Program-made: the position numbers and the translations under genes
IMG/VR virus record: IMGVR_UViG_3300028585_000005
Span: 1 to 62,547 of that record
From: a virus
Taxonomy: Duplodnaviria > Caudoviricetes
Strand: one strand, 5' to 3'
Length of the DNA: 62,547 bases
The notes under the pieces: model-generated
Database searches by the model: none
Told to the model about the DNA's origin: nothing
What the model saw: only the letters and a program-made list of their open reading frames with translations
In this document: piece after piece, positions 44,474-54,321 of the stretch
How positions within the stretch are numbered: the first letter of the stretch is position 1
Layout of the letters: each line of letters opens with the position of its first letter

Positions 44474-45424
44474 TCAGGCGACGGTGACCGTGGTGGTGAC
44501 GATCTTGCCGTTCGTCGACGCCTGGATCACGTAGGTGCCGGTGTCGGCGTACGTGTGCTTCGTGTCGCCGCCGAGCACGTAGTCCCACGTGCCGTCTCCG
44601 AAGTCGTACTCGACGCCGGTGTCGGACGCGGGGTCCGGGAGGGCGACGATCGTGTACTCGGAGGTGCTGCCGATCTTGGTGGCCGTGACCGAGGTCAGGG
44701 CCGCCTCCTGCGGGTTGAGCAGCGGGCGGGTGCCGATGAGCGCCGTAGGGGGCGCGACGTCGGTGACGATGACGCGGAGCGCCGTGGTCGAAGAGACCGC
44801 GTCGACCATGGGGCCGGGGGCCTTCGCGCCCGAGGCGCCGTTCAGCTGCACGTCGTAGGGACCGCGGCCCCAGGCGTTGCCGTCCTTCGTGCTCGCGCCG
44901 GTGAGGACGAAGCTGATGCCGCCGTTCTCGATCGAGAAGTCGCCCAGCACGCCACCCTGCAGGAAGGGGAAGAGGACGTAACCGTACGCGCCCTCGGCCT
45001 CTTCGTCGGAGCAGGCGTCGCCGTTGCTCGGCGCACCCATCCAGACCTCGAGCGCGAAGCCCAGGCCCGTGAGCTGGATCTTCGTGTCGACGTCGAAGCC
45101 GACCACGTTGCCGAACGAGTCCAGGACGACGGGCTGGCCCGTCATCAGGGACAGCATCTCGGGGTCGACGCGGGCGAACGTGAGCTCAGGCGAGAAGCCG
45201 GCGAGCTCGGTGACGCTGGCCTCGTAGAGCAGCGTCTGGCCGGCGGCGCCGGTGACGCGGATCTCGTCGGTCGCGTTCGTGTTCGACGTCACGCTGATGC
45301 TGACGAAGCCCTCGGACGTGGCACGGGCGTTGTCGCCGTAGACCACGCGGCCGCAGGCGTCGAGGCGAGTGACCCGCATCCGCCGGCCCTTGAGGAAGGC
45401 GACTTCCTTGGTGTTGCCCTTCAT
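44474..45424 (-). CDS. Major tail protein with a C-terminal PKD/Ig-like domain
   Basis: RMRVTRLDACG, FALEVW, WGRGPYDV; YDFGDGT...HTYA-x-x-GTY. Confidence 0.9.
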   Translation of the reverse strand: MKGNTKEVAFLKGRRMRVTRLDACGRVVYGDNARATSEGFVSISVTSNTNATDEIRVTGAAGQTLLYEASVTELAGFSPELTFARVDPEMLSLMTGQPVVLDSFGNVVGFDVDTKIQLTGLGFALEVWMGAPSNGDACSDEEAEGAYGYVLFPFLQGGVLGDFSIENGGISFVLTGASTKDGNAWGRGPYDVQLNGASGAKAPGPMVDAVSSTTALRVIVTDVAPPTALIGTRPLLNPQEAALTSVTATKIGSTSEYTIVALPDPASDTGVEYDFGDGTWDYVLGGDTKHTYADTGTYVIQASTNGKIVTTTVTVA

Positions 45425-45459
45425 GTTGTGTCTCCTGTGTCAGGGGTGGGTGATGGGGG

Positions 45460-46269
45460 TCAGGCGTTGTAGCGTTCGCGGAGGTCGTCGCGACCGGTGT
45501 CGTCCGGGCCGTCGAAGCCCTTGGACTTGGCGTACGCGAGCCAGTCTGCCTGGCTGGCGTTGCCTGCGGGCTTCTCGACCTCCGGCGCGTCGCTGGTCTT
45601 CTCGCCGTCGCTGGGGGTCTCGTCGTCCGTGGTCTCGCTGGCGGGAGCCTCGTCGCCCTTGGCGGCGGCGGCGTCCTCGGCGGCACGCTCCTCGGGGCTG
45701 AGCGCCTCACGGCGGGCGACCTCGGCCTTGCGCGCCTCTTCGGCGGCCTCGTCCTGGGCGCGCTGCTCGTCGGCTGCCTTCTTGAGCGCCTCGGCCTCGC
45801 TGTCGACGACGGCCGGCTTGGAGTCCTTCGCGTCGACGGCGGGTGCACCCTCGCCCGCCAGCTCGTGCTTCTCTTCCGTCGTGCGGCGCGTGGGGAGCAC
45901 GTCGACGCGCTCGCCCGCGGCCAGCGAGGTCTCGAAGCCAACGCCGGTCTGCTCGGCCGACGCGCTCACGCTGTCGTCGTAGGAGCTGGGCTCCTGCTCG
46001 TGCGTGGTGTCGAAGGTCAGCGGGGTGTGGTTCGTCTCGATGCGCTGGAAGGACTGGTCCGCGGTCGTGGGGACGACGGCGTCCGTCTCGTCCTCGTTCG
46101 CGATCGCGTCCTGGTACTTCTCGAGGACGTCGGCGGGGACGTCGTAGCCGCCGGTGACGCCGCGGACGGCGGAGGGCGCGAGGCCCAGCTCGTCGGCGAT
46201 GGCGAGCAGCTTGATCGCCTTGGCGGACGAGCGGCCGGGGATGTGGCCGAAGCCTTCGGGGAGGGACAT
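45460..46269 (-). CDS. Acidic low-complexity protein with a C-terminal HeH/Rho-N-like domain
   Basis: KPAGNASQADWLAYA...TGRDDL. Confidence 0.7.
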   Translation of the reverse strand: MSLPEGFGHIPGRSSAKAIKLLAIADELGLAPSAVRGVTGGYDVPADVLEKYQDAIANEDETDAVVPTTADQSFQRIETNHTPLTFDTTHEQEPSSYDDSVSASAEQTGVGFETSLAAGERVDVLPTRRTTEEKHELAGEGAPAVDAKDSKPAVVDSEAEALKKAADEQRAQDEAAEEARKAEVARREALSPEERAAEDAAAAKGDEAPASETTDDETPSDGEKTSDAPEVEKPAGNASQADWLAYAKSKGFDGPDDTGRDDLRERYNA

Positions 46270-46272
46270 GTT

Positions 46273-47073
46273 CTACTCCAAGGTGGTGAGGATGGCGACG
46301 ACCGGGCCGTCGATGGTGACGAGGTACTCACGCAGACCATAGGCCGTGCGCTGGTTGTGCTCGAGATCGTCAGCCGTGTAGGTGCTGACATCCCCTTCGC
46401 GCAGGACGATCTGACCGGTGATGTAGAGCCACGCCTCGTCGGCTGCCGCGACCTTGCCGTCGGGCCCCTCCTTGGCGAAGTAGCCCGCGCCGTTGACGGC
46501 CTTCGCGCCGCCGACGACCGAGGCGTCCTCGGTGTCGAACTTGACGAGCTCGCCGCCGATCAGGCTGACGCCGAGGCGCACACCGAAGTGGACGGTGGGG
46601 ACGAAGTTGTAGACGCGAGCGACGTGCTCGAGGGCGAGGCCGAGGCCCGCCTTCGGCTTCACCGCGACGTCGCCCGGGGTGATGTCGATCGCCTTGGCCG
46701 GGAAGAGCTTCTCCCAGAGCCAGCGCTCGACGGTGATCTCGGAGCCGGTCTCGACGCGGCGCTCGGCCTCGGCGAGGTAGTCCTGCTCGGTCCCGCCGGA
46801 GAGCCAGCACTTGACCGCCGCGTTGACGACGATCGGCTCTTCGGACTCGACGAACTCGAAGCCCTCGGGCTCAGCCGCTGCGGCTTCGACGCAGGTCGCG
46901 AGGTCGGCGTCGATCGACTCGAGCTGGTTGGTGGTCTGCGCGTCGTAGTAGACGCCCATGAGTTCGTGGCCGGAGACCGGCTTGACCTCGGCCGCCTGGA
47001 AGATGCCGCCCTGGGCGGCGGTGAGGGTGGGGGGGTCGACGTGAGTGCGACCCGACGTGGGGAAGAGTGCCAT
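46273..47073 (-). CDS. Second capsid protein (major capsid pentamer-like)
   Basis: Follows the major capsid gene as in cluster-B-like phages; GAGY and WLYITG motifs. Confidence 0.7.
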   Translation of the reverse strand: MALFPTSGRTHVDPPTLTAAQGGIFQAAEVKPVSGHELMGVYYDAQTTNQLESIDADLATCVEAAAAEPEGFEFVESEEPIVVNAAVKCWLSGGTEQDYLAEAERRVETGSEITVERWLWEKLFPAKAIDITPGDVAVKPKAGLGLALEHVARVYNFVPTVHFGVRLGVSLIGGELVKFDTEDASVVGGAKAVNGAGYFAKEGPDGKVAAADEAWLYITGQIVLREGDVSTYTADDLEHNQRTAYGLREYLVTIDGPVVAILTTLE

Positions 47074-47105
47074 GGCCCGTGCCTCTCTGGTGACAGAAGG
47101 GGGAA

Positions 47106-47141
47106 GAGCCGGGGGCGACCGGGCGAGGTCGCCCCCGGCTC
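47106..47141. terminator. Hairpin between the two capsid genes
   Basis: GAGCCGGGGGCGACC/GGTCGCCCCCGGCTC. Confidence 0.7.
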
Positions 47142-47148
47142 AGGAGGG

Positions 47149-48870
47149 TCAGGCGGAGATGGCCGGACGAGCGACGAAGCCGTTCGTCAGGTTGTGCGCG
47201 CCGGTGCGGCCGGCCGGGCGGGCGACCGGGATGCTGACGCGGATGCCGTTGGCCTTCGGGTTGAAGACCATGATGGCCTCCTCGAAGAAGGCCGCCGTGA
47301 AGGTGTTCGCGGCGAGGCTGGCGGTGTCGTGGACGATGTCGAGCGAGATGACGTCCTCGGTGCCAGCGACGAACGCACCGGAGGGCCACAGGTCGACCTC
47401 GACCTCGGTCGGCCACGGCTTCGCGTTGCCGCTCGTGCCGGTCTCGAAGGGGCTGCCGGCCAGGTCCTGCCAGTCGTAGACCCACTGCAGGTAGATGTTG
47501 CGCGCAGCGAGCCAGCCGTTGATCTGGGCGTCGGTCACGTTGTAGTAGCCGATGTCCTCGCGGTAGGCGAAGTCGGAGCGCGCCACCTCGAGCAGCCACA
47601 GCGGAGCCATGCCCTCGATGCGGGCGGTCTCGCCCAGGCGGTACTTGTACCGCAGGCGGGTGGCCTGCAGCGCGAGCGCGTCGAGCATGTCGGACGCGAC
47701 CGAGCCGATGCCGCCGGCCGTGATCGGGCTGCCGGACAGGGCGACGATCCGCTGGATCATCGAGGCGTTCTTCTTGTGCGCGTGCGCGACGAGGGTCTCG
47801 TCGAGGTAGTGACGCACGAGCTCCGGCCACGCCTTGTTCGTCAGGATGCCGGCACGGACGCCGAAGCCGATCGCGTCGAGGCGGACCTCCTCGAAGCCAG
47901 GGCACTCGACGTCGATGAAGTTCTTGAGCACGCCGGCCTCGGCCTGCGCCTCCGTCTGCAGGAAGCCCGCGTCCGCGTAGATCTGCTCGAACGAGGGGCC
48001 CTTGGTGAACGACAGGCCGCCGCGGGGCACGCTGACCTCGGCGAGGTTCAGGATGCCGGACACCGTCGCGAGCTGCGGGATGTCGTAGATCGTCTCGGAC
48101 GGGGCGCACCAGCCACCGGCCGCCACGATGTTGCCGAGGCTGCCGTCTTCGCCGCGCGCGGCGTCGTTGATCTTGTCGAAGTTGCCCTGCTGGTCGCCCG
48201 CGACGAGGGTGAACTCGGGGCGGGTGGCCTTGGCGAACGACGCGACCGGGGTGTGCTGCGACACGAGGCCGGCCAGCTTGCGCTGCGGCATCGAGCGGCT
48301 GCGACCCAGGAACGCCTCGGCGACGGCCTTCATGTCGGGCAGCTCGGCGCCGGAGCCGAAGGCGCTGGACTCGCCGACGGTGTGGATGGTGGCCTTCGGG
48401 CGCTCGGGCTTGGGGGCGACCGGGCGCTTCACGGCGGGGGCCTTCGAGGCGGCGCCACGCACGGCGCTGCGACCCGAGGGAGCGGCCGACGCGACGACGG
48501 CTGCCTCCTGCTCGAGCTCGGCGGCGTCGTTGGGGACGTCGGTCGCGGCGACCTCGGCGTCGATGGCGGCCTGCGCCTCGGCGTCGGTCTCGCCTTCGCC
48601 TTCGCCCTCGCCCTCGCCCTCGGCGGGGGTGGACGCGGCCTTGGCGGCAGCGATGCGAGCGGCGCGCTCTTCGGCGGCGGCGGCGGTGGCCGTCTGCGCC
48701 TCGGTGACGGTGGCGATCGCGGCGGTGATCGTCTCGAGCTCTTCGAGCTGCTCGTCGGTCAGGTCCTCGTCCTTGATCTTGGCGATGTCGCCGTGCGCCT
48801 TGAGGGCGTCGTCGAGGATCTTCTGCAGTTCGTCAGCCTTGAGGCCGTCGAGAGTGGGAAGCGTGAACAC
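47149..48870 (-). CDS. Major capsid protein (hexamer) with an N-terminal scaffold region
   Basis: AGGAG RBS and GTG; VAAGGWCAPSETIYD, CP-x-FEEVRLD, N-x-FTA-x-F-x-EE. Confidence 0.9.
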   Translation of the reverse strand: MFTLPTLDGLKADELQKILDDALKAHGDIAKIKDEDLTDEQLEELETITAAIATVTEAQTATAAAAEERAARIAAAKAASTPAEGEGEGEGEGETDAEAQAAIDAEVAATDVPNDAAELEQEAAVVASAAPSGRSAVRGAASKAPAVKRPVAPKPERPKATIHTVGESSAFGSGAELPDMKAVAEAFLGRSRSMPQRKLAGLVSQHTPVASFAKATRPEFTLVAGDQQGNFDKINDAARGEDGSLGNIVAAGGWCAPSETIYDIPQLATVSGILNLAEVSVPRGGLSFTKGPSFEQIYADAGFLQTEAQAEAGVLKNFIDVECPGFEEVRLDAIGFGVRAGILTNKAWPELVRHYLDETLVAHAHKKNASMIQRIVALSGSPITAGGIGSVASDMLDALALQATRLRYKYRLGETARIEGMAPLWLLEVARSDFAYREDIGYYNVTDAQINGWLAARNIYLQWVYDWQDLAGSPFETGTSGNAKPWPTEVEVDLWPSGAFVAGTEDVISLDIVHDTASLAANTFTAAFFEEAIMVFNPKANGIRVSIPVARPAGRTGAHNLTNGFVARPAISA

Positions 48871-49008
48871 GTCTGTCTCCTGATGGTAGATGGGTGGTCT
48901 GGGACGGTGGAAAGTCTGGGTGCCACCCGCTCTACGACGGGACGTGCAATCTGGGGCTGATCCTGGCACGAAACCCCTGGTCAGAGCAACTCACGCGCCC
49001 GCGACACG

Positions 49009-49047
49009 CCGAAGCCCCCAACCAGCATTGCTGGTCAGGGGCCTCGG
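49009..49047 (-). terminator. Hairpin upstream of the capsid gene with palindrome copy 20 (49020-49036) as its core
   Basis: On the - strand: CCGAGGCCCCT-GACCAGCAATGCTGGTT-GGGGGCTTCGG; all mismatches are G-U pairs. Confidence 0.7.
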
Positions 49048-49108
49048 TGGCGCTGGGTGTCCCGCAAATAACCCCCGGCGCCTGCCAACTGGAAAGGGCG
49101 AGTTCAGT

Positions 49109-49240
49109 CTACGCGGCGGCGTAGGACCCGCCGGTCTTCTGGGCCATGGCCTTCGCCTTGACCTCGCTGGTGACGGGGATCTTGTCGCCGCTCTTCGTGG
49201 TGACGATGAACTTCTTCGAGGCGGAGCAGGAGCAGGCCAT
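49109..49240 (-). CDS. Small basic protein MACSCS... (not in the ORF track)
   Basis: GGAGG RBS, TGATG overlap; similar small genes precede the capsid in related layouts. Confidence 0.7.
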   Translation of the reverse strand: MACSCSASKKFIVTTKSGDKIPVTSEVKAKAMAQKTGGSYAAA

Positions 49241-49512
49241 CAGCTGTCACCTCCGCCCTGGAAGCTGACACTGGCCTCGCCCTCTTCGGGCACTTCGGGC
49301 AATTCGGGCTTCAGCGCCTCCTCGACGGCGATGGCGATGCGCTTCACGGCAGCGTCGAGGCCGCTCATGTTGGGCGAGGCGGACCACCCGAAGGCGGACT
49401 TGTCGAGGGTCCACTCGACGGGGAGATCGAAGGTGGCGACCTCGACGGGTGCGCTACCTCCGATCGACAGGCTCAGCGAGCCCTTGACGCTGGACGGGGT
49501 GATGGAGGCCAT
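49240..49512 (-). CDS. Hypothetical protein
   Basis: TGATG overlaps. Confidence 0.65.
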   Translation of the reverse strand: MASITPSSVKGSLSLSIGGSAPVEVATFDLPVEWTLDKSAFGWSASPNMSGLDAAVKRIAIAVEEALKPELPEVPEEGEASVSFQGGGDS

Positions 49513-52469
49513 CAGGCGGTGCCCTTCTTCTTGGCGTTCTGGATGCGGACGGGACGGACTGCTGCGAGCGCCGCGGTCTTGCGGGCTCGCATGGCGGCAC
49601 GGTGCTCGACGACGTCGGCGACAGCGCTGACGAACTCCATGCTGTAGTCGACGGGCTTCTTCGTGGCGAACTCCTCGTGCTCGACGATGCCGGTCGCGAC
49701 GAGCGACTCCTGCACCATGCCCGACGCAGCGAGGCCCATGCGGGGGATTGGGAAGCCGGGCGTGTTGACGGCGAGCGCGGCCACGAGCTCCTGGCCGCCG
49801 CGGGGCATGGCGCGCCAGTCGCCCGAGAGCGCCGCGGCGCGCAGGTCGCGGCGCTGCTTGTCGGTGACGCCCTCACGCAGCGACCCGGCGACCCAGATCC
49901 CGTGCGCGTCCTCGCCCGCAGCGACGTCGGCGACGGCCGTGCCCGTGTTGTCGTAGTGCTCGAGGGCGGGGCCGGCCTTGGCGAAGAGGTTCGCGTGGCC
50001 GGTGCCCATCGTGATCTGCCCGACCCGGACGTCGCCGTAGGTGGTCTCGACCAGGCCGGTGCGGAAGTAGGCGTAGCCGCTCGGCGACGTCGGTGCGGTC
50101 TGGCAGACGCCCTGGACGCCGATGTGGCAGACGCCCCAGGTGGCGACGTGGCCGTAGACCCGGCCGTCGGGCTCGACGGTGAACGGGGTGGGCTCGGTCA
50201 GCTGGGGGTTCTCGAACCACGCGCCGTCGGGCGTGCCCGCGGGGTGCGGCGGTGCGGCGGCGGCGACGAGGTTGAACGACGGGGCTGGGGCGGCGCCGGA
50301 CGCGACGAGCGCGCGGCTGCCGTTCTCGCGGCCGGGCCAGACGCCGAGCGCCTCCTTGTGCATGTTGGCGCAGGTGCCGGCCAGCCACTCCGGGTTCGCG
50401 ATGTACTTCGCGAGCTGCGAGCGGCAGCGGTTGAAGTCGCCGGGCGCGCCCCAGCGGATCTTGGCCGCGCCCTTGCCGGACACCCAGTAGCGGCGGATGC
50501 GCGAGGTGGCCTTGGGCTCGGTGATCCAGCCGGGGCCGTCCTTCGTGCCGGGCGCGAACTGCGCGCCGGCCACGAGGTTCGCGATCGCCTCGTCGCGGTC
50601 GGGCATGAGCGCCCGCAGCTCGGGGTCCTGCTCGAGGTCGGCGAACAGGTCGGCTGCGATGACAGCGAACTCCTCGTCGGTCATGGCCGGCTCCTCCGGC
50701 GCGACGTCGTCGCGGTCGGGCGCGACCTCGTCGGGGCAGTCGCACGGGCCGAGCGCGATGTACGCCTCCTGGAAGGCCGGGATCTGCACGACGGCGATCG
50801 ACGCGACGCGCGCGGTCTCGACGACGGCGGCCGGGGGGTTCATCATCAGGTCGATGGCGGCCTGCTCATCGAGGGCGCCCAGGGCCTCCATGTCGGGGGC
50901 CTCCATCTTGATCATGTCGATGTCGACAGACACGCCCTTGATCCAGCCCTCCGCGATGCCGCCGACGACCTTGTCGGCCAGCGGCTCGAGGCCGCCCGAC
51001 GCGAAGACGCCGCCGTACTGCAGGAGGTTGCCCTCCCACTTGAACCAGTCGATGCGGCCGACGGTGACCGCGTTGCCGTGCCCGTCCGTCGAGACGTCCT
51101 GGTAGGTGAGCGGCAGCGGGAGGTCGCGCCAGACGAGGGACTCGCCCGCGGCGAACATCCGGTTGTCACCCGACAGCACGCCGGTCGGCACCGCGACGCC
51201 GTGGAAGGGGATCGGCTCGGTGCCCATCTCCTCGAGGTCCATGCTCCCCTCGTGCGAGTCGGCACCCAGCATGACGTCGACCTCCTCCTCGAGGTCCTGC
51301 TGGATCGTCGCCGGGTCGATGGCGGGCGCGGCGGCGGCGGTGAGGTTCTTGCCCATGGGGTACTCCGTGCGGTCGTCGCCCACCCAGAGGGCCAGGCGGT
51401 CGAAGGTGATCTCGGTGCCAGCGTACTCAGCGAGCGCGGGCGTCTCGGGGTAGCCGAGCGTGACATGGGGGAGCCAGGTCGGGAACTGCTCGGTCTCGCT
51501 GTGCACGCGCGCGATCGGCATCTGCTCGTCCTCGGCTTCCTCGGGCAGGCGGCCCGGGGGGATCTCGGCAAACTCGGTGACCATGCCGTTGCGGATCTCG
51601 GCCAGCGACGTCGCGTCGACGAGCACGACGGACGCGCCGTCCTTGCCGAGCGTGGCCGAGCCGGAGACGCCCTCGACGAGCGGGCCCTCGATCTTCCCGG
51701 CCCAGGCCGCGAGGTTCGCCTTGAGCGCCTCGACGTCGACGTTGTGGCCGGGGAGGTCGGCGGCGTCGCCGAGCCAGACGAGCGTCATGTGGGCGAGGTC
51801 TTCGCTCGAGGCGGCGACGACGGGGTCGTCGGCGGCCGGCAGTGCGACGATGACGACGCCGGTCCGCTCCTCGAAGGTCTCGGCCTCCTCGTCGGGGACC
51901 TCGATGGGCTCCGCGTCGGTGGCGAATGCGGTCATGCTGAACGTCCTTCCGGTGCCGACGTGCTGCACGAGGCAGCGGCAGTTGATGAAGAGGGAGGGGT
52001 CGCCGACAGGCTCGCCCGGGTAGCGCATCTTCTGGCCGCCCACGGTGAACGAGTCCGCGATGCCGACAGTCTGACCGGCCGCGGCGCGGTGCGTGTCGCG
52101 CACGTCGGCGTCGCCCGCGGTGACCCAGCGCTTCTGGGCGAAGCCGTTCGACCGGGCGCCGTAGTAGGTCGCGTCGTTGATCGCGTAGGTGCCGAGCCAC
52201 ATCGTGACCCGGGCGGCCTGGCCGGCGTCGCGCGTCGTCGACGTCCGCTTGAGCGCCTCGAGCAGCTCGTTCTGGAAGCGCTTGAGGATGGCGACGTAGG
52301 TCGCGCCAGGGCTGGTCTCCTCGAAGGTCTCGGCCCAGAGCACGCTGGCCGCCTCGACGAGGTTCGCCCAGTCGCGGCTCGGCAGATAGCGCTCGACGAG
52401 CGGGCCCAGCTCCTTGTCGAAGGTGGCGAGCCGCTCGTCCCGCTTGGCCGCGAACTCCTCGACGTCCAT
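49512..52469 (-). CDS. Fusion: MuF-like domain, 2H phosphoesterase, capsid maturation protease and C-terminal domains
   Basis: KRWVT...VRDTH...YPGEP...INCRC (MuF); HMTL and PHVTL (2H); H...VGRID...GVSVD...IPAF (prohead protease). Confidence 0.85.
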   Translation of the reverse strand: MDVEEFAAKRDERLATFDKELGPLVERYLPSRDWANLVEAASVLWAETFEETSPGATYVAILKRFQNELLEALKRTSTTRDAGQAARVTMWLGTYAINDATYYGARSNGFAQKRWVTAGDADVRDTHRAAAGQTVGIADSFTVGGQKMRYPGEPVGDPSLFINCRCLVQHVGTGRTFSMTAFATDAEPIEVPDEEAETFEERTGVVIVALPAADDPVVAASSEDLAHMTLVWLGDAADLPGHNVDVEALKANLAAWAGKIEGPLVEGVSGSATLGKDGASVVLVDATSLAEIRNGMVTEFAEIPPGRLPEEAEDEQMPIARVHSETEQFPTWLPHVTLGYPETPALAEYAGTEITFDRLALWVGDDRTEYPMGKNLTAAAAPAIDPATIQQDLEEEVDVMLGADSHEGSMDLEEMGTEPIPFHGVAVPTGVLSGDNRMFAAGESLVWRDLPLPLTYQDVSTDGHGNAVTVGRIDWFKWEGNLLQYGGVFASGGLEPLADKVVGGIAEGWIKGVSVDIDMIKMEAPDMEALGALDEQAAIDLMMNPPAAVVETARVASIAVVQIPAFQEAYIALGPCDCPDEVAPDRDDVAPEEPAMTDEEFAVIAADLFADLEQDPELRALMPDRDEAIANLVAGAQFAPGTKDGPGWITEPKATSRIRRYWVSGKGAAKIRWGAPGDFNRCRSQLAKYIANPEWLAGTCANMHKEALGVWPGRENGSRALVASGAAPAPSFNLVAAAAPPHPAGTPDGAWFENPQLTEPTPFTVEPDGRVYGHVATWGVCHIGVQGVCQTAPTSPSGYAYFRTGLVETTYGDVRVGQITMGTGHANLFAKAGPALEHYDNTGTAVADVAAGEDAHGIWVAGSLREGVTDKQRRDLRAAALSGDWRAMPRGGQELVAALAVNTPGFPIPRMGLAASGMVQESLVATGIVEHEEFATKKPVDYSMEFVSAVADVVEHRAAMRARKTAALAAVRPVRIQNAKKKGTA

Positions 52470-54250
52470 CAGCGGACGCCCCGGAGGTGAAGGGCGAGCA
52501 TCTTCCGGTCGACATCGCGCTGCGAGGTGAGCACGACGCGCGTGTAGCGGTCGAGCGCGGCGGACCACTTGTCGGCGTCGACGCCGAACTGATCGGCGTA
52601 GCGATCACACGTGGACCAGGCGTCCGTGAGCAGGTCGTCGAGCTCGTCTTCCATCACGCCGACGTGGCGGTAGGTGGCGAAGGCGCTGACCCCGGGGAGC
52701 TTGCGGCCCATCTGCGAGCGGAGCCGGTTGCCGGCACGCTCGATGGCGCGGTCGACGATGATGACCGACGACGCCGTGAGGTTGTCGTTCTCCTCCGAGA
52801 CGCTCGGCGCACCGCGGTCCGGGTGCTCCTCGAGTGAGGGGATCGGTCGCGCCTCGTGCACCTCGGGCCGGTCGTCGGGCGCGTCCGTGACGGGCGTGCC
52901 TGTGATCGGCACGCCGAGCGCCCGCAGCGCCTCCGCGACAATGTCGGGGGTGGTCTGGCCGGCAGCGACCTTGCGCAGGAACCAGAGGGTGCGCTCGGTG
53001 TCGTCCATGAGGTCGTTCTCGGCGTCGAAGCCGTTCTCGCGCAGCAGCGCCTTGACGCCCAGCAGGCCGCGGTCGAACAGCTCCATGGCCTCTTCGGAGC
53101 GGTTCGGGCGGACGCGCATCGCCGAGGTGTCCGCGCCGATGGCGAAGGTCTCGGCCTCCTCGCGCGACATGCCCTCGGAGAGCAGGTACGGGATGAGGTA
53201 GCCGTCAGTGAGCGCGGAGGTGATGATCGCGAGCAGCGGCTCGGTGTGCGACTTGATCGCCGCCTCCTCGACCTGCCACGACGACCAGTGGTTCAGGTCG
53301 GCCTGCCCCTCGAGCACCTCGGGCGGCATGTCCATGCCGAGGGCGAGACGACGGATGGCCTCGTTGCGCAGCTCGATCGCGTGCTCGTCGAGGTCGGTCC
53401 AGAACTTGACGTGCTTGACCTTGTCGACGTGCTCGCCTGCGACCTGCAGGACGATGGGGACCAGGGCCGACGGGTCGGCGCGGTTGTGGATCGCCGTCGC
53501 CATCGTCTTCATCAGCTCGTAGACGATCTTGTCGGCGGCGGACTGATCGCTGGCCGAGACGACACCCTCCTCGCCCTCCGTCGGGGCGGCCGAGAAGCTG
53601 ATCTCGCTCGGCAGGAGAAGGACTCCGGCGCCCGCCAGGCGGCTGTCGATCTGAGCGGCGACGTGCTGCGTGAGGCCGTTGAGCTCGGAGAGCACGGGCA
53701 GCACGGCGCGGGCCGGCGAGTTCGAGTAGAGGCGGCGGCGCGGGTGCGCACGCCAGAGGCGGACGGCGAGCGGCGACTCGAAGCGCTCCTGGTCGACGTG
53801 CACGACGCCGTTCGCGTCGAAGCGGACCTCGCTCGCCGCGGCTACGAACATGTCGTTGCTGCCGTCGTCGGCCTCGGAGCCGATGACGTACGCCTCGCCC
53901 GCGACGGTGAAGTGGATGCCGAGCTGGCGCAGCGCCTCCTGGCGTCCGGCCGGGCTGTTGAACAGCGACTCGAGCGCGTAGACCGCGCGGGCGTCCGTCG
54001 TCTCCTTGCCGTCCTGGGAGACGGTGAGGATGGCCTTCGACAAGACGTTGCCGACCCAGTCGCACGAGTAGCGGAACTCGCTGATCGTGTCGTACCAGAC
54101 CCACGCCTGGGCCTGCCAGGACTCGACCTTCATCTTGGAGCGCTGCTCCATCGACGGCATCGACAGGTTCGCGGCCGACGCGACGTAGCCGCGCGTCTGC
54201 GGCAGTGACACGACCTGGGACTTGAGCTGAGTCTTCTGGGGGCGGGGCAT
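52469..54250 (-). CDS. Portal protein
   Basis: WQAQAW-x-WYD, SRLAGAGVL, AIRRLALGMDMPPEVL...NHWSSW; follows the terminase. Confidence 0.9.
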   Translation of the reverse strand: MPRPQKTQLKSQVVSLPQTRGYVASAANLSMPSMEQRSKMKVESWQAQAWVWYDTISEFRYSCDWVGNVLSKAILTVSQDGKETTDARAVYALESLFNSPAGRQEALRQLGIHFTVAGEAYVIGSEADDGSNDMFVAAASEVRFDANGVVHVDQERFESPLAVRLWRAHPRRRLYSNSPARAVLPVLSELNGLTQHVAAQIDSRLAGAGVLLLPSEISFSAAPTEGEEGVVSASDQSAADKIVYELMKTMATAIHNRADPSALVPIVLQVAGEHVDKVKHVKFWTDLDEHAIELRNEAIRRLALGMDMPPEVLEGQADLNHWSSWQVEEAAIKSHTEPLLAIITSALTDGYLIPYLLSEGMSREEAETFAIGADTSAMRVRPNRSEEAMELFDRGLLGVKALLRENGFDAENDLMDDTERTLWFLRKVAAGQTTPDIVAEALRALGVPITGTPVTDAPDDRPEVHEARPIPSLEEHPDRGAPSVSEENDNLTASSVIIVDRAIERAGNRLRSQMGRKLPGVSAFATYRHVGVMEDELDDLLTDAWSTCDRYADQFGVDADKWSAALDRYTRVVLTSQRDVDRKMLALHLRGVR

Positions 54251-54321
54251 CCGCTACCTCCCTCTCGTACGAGGGGCTCCCCTCGCGGATGATGTTACTG
54301 GTCTGGGCGGTGTCGGCCTGG

